A stretch of 64,000 nucleotides of DNA, from positions 6,205,244 through 6,269,243 of the forward strand of contig CM082597.2 in NCBI GenBank assembly GCA_040954595.2. Direction: 5' to 3'. How positions within the stretch are numbered: position 1 is the stretch's first letter; every line of letters starts with the position of its first letter. Positions 13,543-25,619 of the stretch are shown here, one piece after another. Made by a program: the position numbers and the translations under genes. The notes under the pieces are model-generated. The model worked only from the letters and a program-made list of their open reading frames with translations, was not told the origin of the DNA and searched no databases. This stretch comes from Balanoglossus misakiensis. Lineage: Eukaryota > Animalia > Hemichordata.

Positions 13543-14948
13543 TTAACCCCACAGTCAACTTATCGCCACCTACTCAAACAAGGAAACCTGATTACTATTT
13601 CCACATTTTTTTCTCGATTTTCGATTCAAACCAGCGGACGACGGAACAGAGAAGTCATGTGACACCTGTGGATTCAGGAGATATTGTGCACGAACTCTGT
13701 CGACTTCAAAACTGGCTTATAAGAGACAGGTTAGTCACTCTTTATGTTTACCCATGATGCAACGGTACCAGAGGTAAGGGCTTCTACGGTCAAAGACACA
13801 CATCTTTCTTTTATGTTTGCCTCAGATTAAAGCCCCAGTATTTCTCGTGTGTATCCATTTTTCATCATCGAAAAATGCCCGTTTTTCCCGTACATTCATC
13901 ATGGAATACTACATAATGAAGATAGAAGAAAGGTTTGGGCAACTGTAGCTACGTGCAAGCTGTAAATATTGCCCGTAACACTTGAAATGATGCGCGGGTT
14001 TGTTTACAACGGAAATGTTGTACATGTCGATCAGCAAACGTGCCACTTTGACATTTGATGGTCAGACCATTTTCGGATTTGATCTGGTTCCATCGACTGA
14101 TTTCTCCCATAAAGTTATCTTCCCAAAATGTCGCCGAATTAGTGCGCATTTCTTCGCTGAGTCGCTTGATTTGGGGCGACCAAACCTCTTCCGCATAGAT
14201 TCACATTTGAGTGCGCATGCGCACTAGTCACGTGTGTCAACAGAGCCTGACTTTCTGTCCGGACAGAAAGTCATTCTTCACTCGTTATATTGTAAATTGT
14301 ATGAGTTTATGAGCAGAGCTGGGGATGATGACTGTTCGATTCAGTATCAATTATCATCTACTTTTAGAAATTATAGATGCCAATTCAAACAAAATTTTGC
14401 CCCTACGAGAAATACTGAGGCTTTAATAGAATCTCAGACTCCCAAGGACCTGGGATCATATTTCTCACACGAGTTGGGGATTTTCTGTCCCACACGAGCC
14501 GCAGACAGAATATCCCCGACGAGTGTGAGAAATATGATCCCAGGTCCTTGGTGTGTGAGATTATTTTTCTCACACGGTCACAAATTAGCCAAATTCCTTA
14601 AAAAACATTGAATAAATGACGCTGGAACTGTCGTCTGGGCATGTTGTAGTCTCTGTCCCTGTAATACACATCGCGCCATTGGATAACATTTAGCGCGCGT
14701 AGCAAAAGAACGCTCTGTCAACCAATCAGCGCTTGTGTCATATACAGCTTTCGGTTCAGTGAGTGTGTGAGAACAATTTGTTCTCACAGTCTGTTCTCAC
14801 ACTCCCAGCATGCCAGGAGTGTGAGAAACCTGCATCTTTGGCTGTGTGACAGAAATATATGACAGAACTTTCACACAGATTAAAATCTGCAGTAGATTCA
14901 GTACGCATCAGTACCAGTTGATTTTTTTTCCAGGCCAGTGATTTTTAA

Positions 14949-15033
14949 CCCTTTCACCCCCAGTTCCCTGTGTAGAGGTCCAACCTTACTATAGAAAACA
15001 ATGGGTTTGGACTGAACCATTGTGGTGAAAGGG
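14949..15033. mobile_element. piggyBac-like MITE copy
   Basis: ttaa|ccctttcacc...ggtgaaaggg|ttaa. Confidence 0.75.
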
Positions 15034-18000
15034 TTAAATTCACTAGTTGTTCATCAGACTGAAAAAAGAGCAACTTTGGCCATGTAAATCCAGGCTAAAA
15101 TTTGGGCTAGCCTAAAATTGTAATGTAGATGAATTTGGGCTGCCCCATCAGACTATTGATTTTAGATGCAGATATGATGAGACACCAGAAATTGAGACCA
15201 TTGATCTAATTCCCAGGGAGGAATATTTTCACATTGTCAGGTACTTATGACCAAACCTTATATAATTCATCAATTTACTGCCAAATCCATACTTTTAGGC
15301 TACAAGTGTTTCATGCAGTACTTGTATGTAGGACTTGATTGAATATTTGATGTTTGTAGAAACCCAACGCTTTAGGGAAGTAAGTGAACTGTATCAACAA
15401 GTCAGTAAAAGGATTGTTCAATCATGTATCTCGGTCACTGTTCAAACTTAAAACACGGTCACTCGAGTGACCGCGCTTAAAAATATCTGAGGCATTTATG
15501 GACTAATAAAGTCAGACTTTTTGATCTCAAATAGGCATTTGAAAAAGTGGGTCAGTGTCATGGTAATAACAATTGCATAAATTTGAGAGATAACATACTT
15601 TCCTTTACCATCTTAACCCTTTGAATGCCACATTTTCTGTCAAAATGTGGTGCAACATTTTAACATTTTCTCCCATTTTTCTCTAATTTTATCCCTGATT
15701 TTTAGACTAAGTGGACATAATTTTCCATTGTCTGCAGATCTTGATCAAAATTAGAGAAAAAATGTTGAAAAAGTTACGATTGTTTAATTTTTGAAAGATG
15801 ACGACGAGTTAACTATGGCGATGAAAAGTTTAAGAAGCAGGTCAGGTCGTTGAGTGGGCATGTAGCCTTAACCCTGTCGCCACCATGCTTCTGGTGAAAA
15901 CTGGGGGTGAAAGAGTAAAAGATTTTATAGGCACCTACGGAAAATTGGCTATAGTTACCATGGCAATCTAGCCAATCACAGATTTTCAGTGGGTGGCACA
16001 CACTAAAAAAGGAGCGCACCACATGTTCTTTAGACGGCTCAAATATGCCATTTCAGCCATATATGGGCGTATGTAAATTGGAGGTGACTGTTTGAAGACT
16101 GCATAGTTTCACAATAATCAGTTGAAACTGGGGCTCAGGTGTGCGAGCCTGTTGGCTTGATGGATCTGTCAGCCATTTGTTTTTCAGTGTGAGTTTCATA
16201 ATCGTCAACAATCTCTCCATGATCATGCCTGGTTTTGTTTGACTAAAGCAGTGATGCAGCCAATATCAGTGGATTTTCCTGCATGTAGTTAAGTAAGGTA
16301 GATATCAGCATTTCTTGTCACTAGTCCACATTCATATTATTTTCTCCAAACCTTTCAATTTTTTGTAATGCATTATTTCTTACAATATATCCCCAAGGTA
16401 TGTATCGTATTACCTAAAGACACTGTTTGTTTCAGAAATGCATGGGTCTATATTTCATGTTTAAAATGAAACTTCTCACTGTTACATAGCCATGTGTAGT
16501 TTCAAGAATGGCTTCAGCAATATCGCTATGAAGAGCTAAAAATCATTATTTGTCCTACCTGGATTTCAAAGTATTGTTACAAACAGAAGAATCAATTGTT
16601 CTACTGATATCATTAATGAGAAATAAATTCTGTCAGTTAAAATAAAACATCCCCAGTGAAGTATACCAAGTTACAGAAGGAATAATTTAAGAGACAGTGT
16701 TCGTGGTCTTCACTAAAACAATTCTTGACAGAAATGGTGTATATGTTTAATTATAACCCTTCCACCCCCAGTTCCCTCTTTAGAGGTCCAACCTTACCAT
16801 AGAAAATAACGGATTCGGACTGGACCATAGCGGTGAAAGGGAAAAATCTTACCTTGCTTGATCAGACCATGTTCGCGATTTGAATCTACTTTTAAATGTG
16901 ATAGGCGTGTCTGTACAAGAAACCTTGGACTTTCTACCCTGCTATTACCAGGCAGTAAATCTTTCTAAGAATTCCTGTGTACTATTTCCTGTATTGCCCT
17001 TTTTTTCAATGACTTCCCTCGAAGGTAACCTACACAGATGAAGAGTACCTGCCCACTCATTCGTCATAACATGTACTGGTACCAGTATTTTGTTACGTCT
17101 GTGAACAGTGATGGCAGTTATAGCCAGTAGCCTTCAGAGCCCAGGGTTCAACATTTAACAAGTCGTAGTTATTACTCCCATTAGTGGCAATTTAATAATC
17201 TGAAGAAACAGATTCCATTTCAAATATAACCATCAGCTGTTGCATCTGAATAGACTGGTCAGAATCAACAATGGACTGGATAAGTTCAGCTTGGAAGGGT
17301 CAGTATCAATCGAACTACCGTATAATAGCTGGTCGTGTTTTTCTGACGGTCAGACAACATTTTGGCATATCACATGTACATGTACTCATAAATTCTGTAT
17401 AATGAGCACCTAGAAATGTTGATGGTACTACTAGTGCTAATATTTACACTTTTTCCTGAAAATACTTGTAGTAGTTCTGCACTATGAAAACAGACATGTA
17501 ACTAATAATTCACATATATTACCACTAAACTAATCAGATTATTTTGCAATTTTATTTGATACCATTACCACATATTAAGTATCCACAATTTAAAAATGGA
17601 TTAGTATACTAAGGACATAATGCTAAAATATAATGTAATGTAAAGCTGAAATTCAGGGCAAAGTTTGCAGAGAACAGAACATATACTAGTATTGTACTAT
17701 TTCACCCTTTCCCTGGTATGCTTACACCATGATCAACTACATAAATCTGATTATTGCTTGTTATAACAGAATAGTCTCCACCTCTGTTTGATTTCATTAA
17801 CCCTCTCACCCCCAGTCCCCTCTATAGAAGTCCAACTATACCATAGAAAACAATGGATTTGGACCAAACCATGGTGGTGAAAGGGTTATAACAAACATAA
17901 TAGGCTTTCCTGACAGGACAACAAAGTTGACAATTCAACGATATGACCACAAGAGGGCGCTAGTACCAGCCAGAAAAGCCTTGTCTTGCAGCTTACAATA

Positions 18001-18927
18001 TCTTCCGACGAAGATACTGTAAAACACTTTATTTTCGCGAGCAATAAATTTTCGCGAAATACGCGAGATCCAAAATAGCGTGAAAATAAAAAGTCGCATA
18101 CATTTTTTTGAAGATAACGATGCAGTGAATGAAATAAGAGAACGCGAAAAATTAATACTCGCGAAACAGTGGCCTCTCTCGATATCGTGAAAATTTCAAC
18201 TTGCGGGTGCCCAGTGCGCAAGACATCAAGGCAAATGAAACAGATGAAACAACACTGCATGATTGTCATTTGGCCAGGATTAATAAACAAAGCAATACTC
18301 ATATTTCTAGAACACAATAACAAGATCTTTGTATACAGATCTAAAAGTACATTTTGATGATATCAGAATTATGCCAAAGAAACACTGCATATTCAACACA
18401 ACAAATTACAGCACAGTACAATACAATTACAACACTATTTACAATAAAATACAGAAGAACAACAATTATTAACCAAGATCTAATGGAAATGGAAATAGAT
18501 GAAAAAGCTAAGCGTCTAAAGTTTATTTACCAAAATATATGACAACAAAACAAAACAAGACAAAAGACACAAACACAATACGCTTTTATATCTCTACTAC
18601 AGCTTACCTTTTCTTACATGGAGTTTTAGTGTCAGACCTGTGTTACAACAAAATTTATAAAAAACCAACACTTTAAAACTAATTCACTTCTAACGTTCCT
18701 GGACAAACCGCTGATGTTAGAATACAATGTTCTGGTACATATTCAAACACTCCACTGACCACAGGCTAAAAATCACAGGTTTTAAAAATGTTGATTTATG
18801 TCTAAAATCGCATGTAAGTTACACGAAACTACCACTTTATTTTTCATTACTGCTTGCTACAACAAAATAGTCGTTAGTCGTCATCTCTGCTGGATTTCAT
18901 GACAATAGAGTTGTCAATTCATGCATA

Positions 18928-18947
18928 TGACCACTAGAGGGCGCTAG
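18928..18947 (+). promoter_or_regulatory. CTCF-like motif (second copy at 17944-17963)
   Basis: tgaccactagagggcgctag closely matches the CTCF core consensus CCASYAGRKGGCRS; motif match only. Confidence 0.45.
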
Positions 18948-19007
18948 TACAAGCCAGAGAAACTGGTCAGAACTGTCACAAAATATTCATGTACCATGTA
19001 ATCTTAC

Positions 19008-19073
19008 CTTTCATCCATAGAATAGGAACTATCCAGTTCACTCTCCTCGCGCATCGTGGGCAAGCCAGGTCTA
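19008..19073 (-). CDS. GRAMD1: Probable GRAMD1 exon 2 (symmetrical phase 2-2)
   Basis: ttattccag|T AGA CCT ... GAA AG|gtaag; 66 nt, open (RPGLPTMREESELDSSYSMDE); phases fit the neighbouring exons; no homology recognised. Confidence 0.6.
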
Positions 19074-19898
19074 CTGGAATAAATATCAAAAATAATTCAT
19101 TAACTTTTAATGTGAAAATGACTGGTACACAGCTGTTGGCAAAGTTGGAACATGAGAATATCCACAGTGACTTGACAACAAATAAATGTTAGGAGTTTGA
19201 AAGGTTGATCTCTGTATCCCCAGTATTTCAAACCCATGCTACCTTGGTATATGGCATGACAACCTGCTGACTGTACCAGTGTTTTTGGGGGTTTTTTGTC
19301 AAGTGCAGTACCCTGATATGTGTAACCAGGGTTCCCCAGTCATTTTACTAGGGTTCACCTTCTTATAATAATCAATACAGTCACGGAATTGGTAGCACTG
19401 AGGAGTGTTACAACAGTTCCCAAATCTGGAGCCTGAATTAAACACAATTCACAATTATCTTATCTGTCATATGAACTTGAAACTGCCCTTCCATTTTTGC
19501 AAACATAGAATTGACAGTCAGATACCTCAGGAGGTCAAATATCAAATTCCAACATACCTGTCCATCAAAACTCAAGAACATATTTCAATGCGAAAAAGTA
19601 TCTTGCATCCCAATAATGGCTGGGGCATAAAAGTGAAAGAGCTAATTTTGACTATTTCCGACCGTTCAACTAAGGTTTCTATAGCAATCAGCTTATTGCT
19701 TATAACCGATGCTTTTTCCTAGCCACCAGCTATTTTCTGCATCCCTCAATGCTACACATGCATATACCAGTACATTGTATCTTCTTCTATATGTTTATTG
19801 ATGAACTGATAGAGACCATGGTTAAATTGACCAGGCATCACCATATGGTTTCATGCCATATGTCACTTCACAGTTGTGTAAACTATCTGTCGACTTTA

Positions 19899-20165
19899 AA
19901 GGGCAACGATCGTCTTATGCGCATGTGCCAAACCAGAGACTCTGGCTACAAAAATTGTATACAGTCAAAGCTATAAGGCGGTGTGCTGTCCTAACAACAG
20001 ACAAGATGGTGGTGACCGTAGTCTGTGTCGGAGATCGGGGGAAAGACAGCAAAGTGGGCGAAAAGAAGGGACAAATCTAAAGTCTACTTCTTCCAAGGAA
20101 TCAAAGGCAGTCCACTATTTGAATACGTCGAACACAAAATTTCAAGAAAATTTGGATTGCAAATT
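19899..20165. repeat. Dispersed repeat (second copy ~52580-52855), likely a TTAA-transposon end
   Basis: Shared tgcgcatgtgccaaaccagagac...cagacaagatgg block; both copies begin after ttaa. Confidence 0.65.
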
Positions 20166-22528
20166 TTGAGCCCTGCATGATTCATTATGATCGATTGGAG
20201 GCTAGTATGATACGAAATATATACTCATTCACAATCCAAATCACTGTGACCCTTTCCTTCCCATACTGAGCCTTTCCTCAGCAGAGTAACCCTATCAGAA
20301 AAGTGACATCCGCCCCCCCCCCCCTGGAAAAAACTGACCTGTCCCTCACTTCAATATCCAACTCCAATACCTAATCAGTAACCTGGGTCATTGTTCACCA
20401 AGTAAGATTTCAATATTAATATAAATTCTTCTAGACTACAGAATGACCATAAAATGTGATTTAAATGTTTTACAACTTGTTATTTAAATAACCGCTCTTT
20501 TCAGTCTCAAGATCTCTGACCCTCTGACCCTGTCATCATATATAATAATACAAAACGTCCTTGAACACAAAACAAAGGTGTGATTCAAATTGTTGTAGAA
20601 ACTTAACAAAGGTATCCATTGTTTCACATTTGGTCAACAAGATGTCTGACATTGTGATCAAGGGGCCAGTGGGAAAACACCAAGCACCAGCTGATACTGA
20701 TATGAAAAGCATTGTTATGCAATAGTTACAATGCTATATTGTGTTCCTAGGAAAATTAGAATACAATGTATACTGGCATTATTGGTATTTCATGATCAGA
20801 TTCACTCTTGTATTTCTTTCAATATTCTGTGGATCGCGTGAAATATACAATCTCACCCCTGTTGACTCTAACATGATATCATGCTTCATTTTGTTTTTAA
20901 TTTATTCATGATCTTGTATGTTAATGTTAAAACCCTCTACTTTAATCCTAGAAATCAATACAAATCTAATGATCAAGTATTCTATGTATTATTGGAATCG
21001 TTAGAATCCAGGGGTGATATATTAAGTGGACAATTAATTTAATTAATATAACTGTATCAGCCAGGTGCTTTCTTACTTTGAAATTGATTTAAGTTCAATC
21101 TCATACAGTTAGTTTTGTTAAGCTTGAAATGTTTATTTCTCTCTTTAACAACCGGTATGAATTATTTCATGAAATACGTCAAGAAGTTAAAAATGCATTC
21201 ACTGAAAAAATAATATACATGTAAGATTCACACCCTATGTTAAAGGGGGTCCCGTCTTGATGAAACACTGCAACATTTCCCAACCTAATTAAAAATACAG
21301 TTGAGGTACTCAGGTAGACATTTTGTTGGCTGAAGGACTGCCTGCCCTCAATAGAAAACAGTAACACCAGTACCGGTATAATATGTGCTGGTAGTTATAC
21401 TTCCTGTGACAAAATGGCTGCTCTCTAGAGGTCATTGCATTTTATTAGCAAACAATAAAATTGTCACAAAAAGGCAATGCATGGGAAAATAAATGGTGAA
21501 ATATTTCTGTCTTCTTGTTTTGGTAACACTTATTGTTTGAAGAATTTAACAAATACAAAAAATTAGTAATATTTTAATTGACAAAATCTGTCGATCAACA
21601 TATGTTACAAAAAGTGCCAATTTGCCGGCTATAAATATCTCAACATAAATTGCATTTTGCATGGATATATCATATGCATAATTTTTTAAGACTAAATGTG
21701 TGATCATCTGAACCATACCCACAGGGTGTCCTATTAATAAATATTTATATTTTACCATTAAATTTAAAACCCTTTCATTTGAATGAAACCACCCCCCCCC
21801 CCCACCCCCACCCTTGTAGCAGTCCAACGTACTACCATAGAAAACAATGTATTTGGACCAAACCAAGCCATGGTAATGAAAGTGATAAACCAAAATTCCT
21901 TGTTTTAGACCAAAATCTATTTTGATAAGCTGACACTGTTTTGTGGTTTATAATTAAATTATTATGACTTAAAAATTCAATTACTGTCCTTTTAACCCAG
22001 AAATATAGTTAATCAATATTATTGTGAACGTTATTTTACTCAAATCGCCAGTTTTCATGCTCACACATACAGTGATGATGAAACCTGGAACTACAAATGT
22101 AACTTCAATGCCATAAAATAAACAAAGATAAACACATCGACATCATAATAAATCATGCATGACCGTGACATGTATGGACGAGGTCATGCACATCCTTTGT
22201 TTTTCTCGAATTTCTGCATACATCTCTCTTGTCAATTTTAGTGTAATTTGACCCGTCTTGTACTTAGATTATGTATCTGTCCGGCACAAATGATATAGGG
22301 GCTATAATACAGGACTTTGTTTGATCAGCCGATTAACTGTGTTTGAGTATAGTATGCTATTGTTAAATAATCTCTCGGCTGGCTGGCCTAATACTACCGG
22401 TACAATGACAGCTGTCAGAGACTGTGATTGATTCATGAAGGACTACAGGAATAGCGGTCTTGTTTACGCCATTATCTCACGTCAAACCTCTGTGAATGCG
22501 GTGAAATATTGGGGTTATATTTACTAAC

Positions 22529-22740
22529 CTTAGTGGAGGTGTCTTTGGCAGATCTTCACCAGTTAAATTCGAGCTCACCGACGTGTTTGCGTTGGTCGCC
22601 GCTGCCGATTCAGGAGGAATCAGTTTCTCATCCGCTGCATCCTGTACGTTGTCTCCGCTGGGATTTCCCTCCCCGTCGTCATGTTCTCGGTCCTTTTCTT
22701 TCACAATGTCCAGCAGCGTCTTCTGCGACAGAGTGGTCAT
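22529..22740 (-). CDS. GRAMD1: Probable first coding exon of GRAMD1/Aster
   Basis: GC-rich open frame MTTLSQKTLLDIVKEKDREHDDGEG...PKTPPL ending AG|gttagt (phase 2), matching downstream acceptors; promoter-like context upstream. The link to GRAMD1 is inferred from strand and phase. Confidence 0.65.
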
Positions 22741-24588
22741 CGTTTCAGCGAGTTGTGTAAGCACAGAGAGGAGTAATCACGGCGCTTGGACGGAAAAACT
22801 GACCAGCTTCATCAGCCTAGCCCCGTTCGATTTCACTGTCAGCCATTTTGGTATCAAAGTTGACCTTTGCCCCGAGTGAAAGTCATAAAATTAGGGAGCT
22901 GTAATAATTTATAAGGAGGGGAGGGTCAAAGGGATTAGATGAAAATCACTATAAATCAAAGCTGTAAGGAGGACCCGGGCATTTGATTAGGAAGGGAGTA
23001 CATTATCAATGTTTTGTATGCAACCATCAAAGGGCCAACATATCTCAATGCCCACAATTCCTCTGTGTGTATGTTTGTATGCATAATTAATCAGCCTACA
23101 TAAAATAATTATGTTAAATTTACATTTCAACGTTTTGCTCTACTGGTTACAAATACACGACTCGAACAAGCCACGCTGTTGCTGGCTGTGATTTAAATTC
23201 TAAAAATTAACACATTTATTTAATCATGAATTTTACAGTACAGATAAAAGATGGTAATTAAATTAAATTAAATTAACGTGGTCACTCTGATAGAACTATG
23301 GAACTCGGGTCAGACTGCAGAATGCAGGTGTTTTTTTCCAATGGCAGACACCAGTCAAAAATTGCTTTGCATCCATAACTGAGACCCGTTATTTCGGCCA
23401 CACCTCTCCAACTCTCATCCGTACCTCATCAGTTGTATGTGCCATATGTGCACACCAAGTTTCACTCAACGTAAACCCAAAGTTATTAACAATGACTACA
23501 CCCTTACCCAGACTTACTTTTAAGCCAACAAAATAACGTGTGGATGTATTAACGTTGAAACAACAATCAAATTTGTAAATCAGATTAAATGAGAAAAGGT
23601 TGAAGTGTACACGAATTGCTTGAGATAACTTGTCGATATTTTCACGCGTTTGCCTGGTTCACTGTCCCAATTCTACCGTTGGCTGCGCTATGCTCCGTGG
23701 ATGCGCTCCGAGTCAAGTGCTTCAAAGTGGTCGGTCTCTCAAAGCACAGGGGAGTGTCTCACGCCGTAAAGCACAGTTCAAACACAGCCGCGCATTTCAA
23801 ACCAGGCAAGCGAACTGGTAACTTCCGGTTTCTGGGCAACACGTTTATCAGCTGCAATAATTGTAACCCACGGGCCTTTATCTTACCTGCCCGTAGGGCT
23901 ACAATTCCTTCCCATAGAAAACGTGGAAATTTTGGCACAGCAGATCTGTTGTGCACAGAAACGGCCGAACTGGCGGCGAATCTCACCGTACCTTTACTAG
24001 AATCTTGCTTCCTGGTTATAAGCGATCACATCGACGCAAATCAAAGTTTCTAATTACTAGATTGTGATTGGCTAATAAATGAGTCATACAGAGACTTGGC
24101 GTCTGCTTATTCACATCTGACCGCAATTACTGATATCAATGTCAAGATTTTAAGAAGAGCTAGTGTCCTGTTTATGCGAAACAATTCTAAACATAGAATA
24201 GACTCATAATCGAGGGGTTTTTAACTGCACACATCTCTGTTTTCTGACTGTGTTTGCTGAAAAGGGCAATGTTTGAGAGATATGTTTCCCCGAGATATGC
24301 GTCCTAGCTAGTACATGTTGTTCCTCTAATTATATTTGGAGAGGAGAGTGTTGTATTTAAACTAAGTTTATGAAGATTTTCGTGAAACGCCATTCTGTGT
24401 GTACTGATGAGTGTGAAATTGCGTGATACAGTTGCTAACAATTAAGTTATCAAGAGCAGTTCAGATTTGTGCAAATAATTACAGACAAATTGAAGGTTAT
24501 AGCAAGCCAAGATAATCTCATGAATCCGTTCTATAATTTGACTGGGCTAACCAACATGTGTTTATTTTACCTTGTCTCAACAACTCAG

Positions 24589-24713
24589 GTGATCGAGAAG
24601 AAGACATCCAAGATGTAGAGTTTGAAGACTTGACAGAGCAAGATGAAGATGAAGAGGATGAAGATCTGTTGAAATCCATGGAAACAAGCTTCATCTCATC
24701 CCATGATGCTTAG
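24589..24713 (+). pseudogene. Orphan acidic terminal exon (DREEDIQDVEFEDLTEQDEDEEDEDLLKSMETSFISSHDA*), possibly a transposon gene remnant
   Basis: Branch-point gctaac, pyrimidine tract, cag| acceptor and an open frame to TAG. No upstream exon found. A solo AcademH-like TIR lies at 25471-25489. Confidence 0.4.
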
Positions 24714-25544
24714 GTTTGATTTGATTATCTTGGGATTTACATCTTTGTAGAGATGCATTTCTGCCAGATAATAGTTTAAATTAAAACAAATCAGATAAAC
24801 TTAAAAGATTCTTAAATGCCAAACAATGGCTGAAATGAAAACGAAAATGTATGTTTAAGACCCTATTCTGTTGGTAAATTTCGACCGGTGTATAAGGAAT
24901 TGGTATGCAAATTTGTATATTTGAAATGTGACACAAATATTGATCGTACAGAGATCTGAATGCACTGAAACAGTAAGTAGTGTCCTGTTAATTAACCAGC
25001 AATTTGCGTATTTTTTAACAAATTTGTGCAGTTATTTTTAAATCAATAGGTGCTCTGGATAATGTGTGAATATGGAATTAACCATATTAAGAGATACTTT
25101 GCAGTTCCTTATAAATCAACTACAAATTTGCATACATGTATTTGATAATCTTATGATAGATTTTTGAAATTTTACTCTATTTTATGAAAACTGTGATACA
25201 TTTAACAGTATCTTGTTGTATAATTGCTAACTCGGATATCCAATAAATGGATGCACATATTGCTATAAATCCAGTTAATGTATTGAATTTTGATGAAATT
25301 GTATAATAAACAGAAGTTAGCTTTGCTGGAAGACGAGGGTGAGTTTTTATGCTGTTTGTGTTGTTTTTGTTGTTGTTGTTGTTTTAGTTCTGGAAATGTG
25401 GTGCAAGGGATGCTATGCAATTTATCTTTCTCGCACAGCGCCCTCTTGAGACGAGAGAAAGAGTAAGAGAGTCTGGGTAACCGAGACTATTATACAGGTA
25501 CATTTTGGGATTATACCTGAGGTCAACAAGAATTCTGAGGTTCT

Positions 25545-25619
25545 GAAACTTCAGAGGGCTCTGAGGGGCTCTGACTCAGAGGGCTCTGACTCAGAGGGCT
25601 CTGACTCAGAGGGCTCTGA
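25545..25619. repeat. 15 bp minisatellite (ctcagagggctctga)n
   Basis: Direct tandem copies visible. Confidence 0.8.

Noticed and set aside
23616-24053. 145 aa ORF in a CpG-rich stretch
   Set aside because: Non-ATG start, no recognisable domain and no supporting splice structure.
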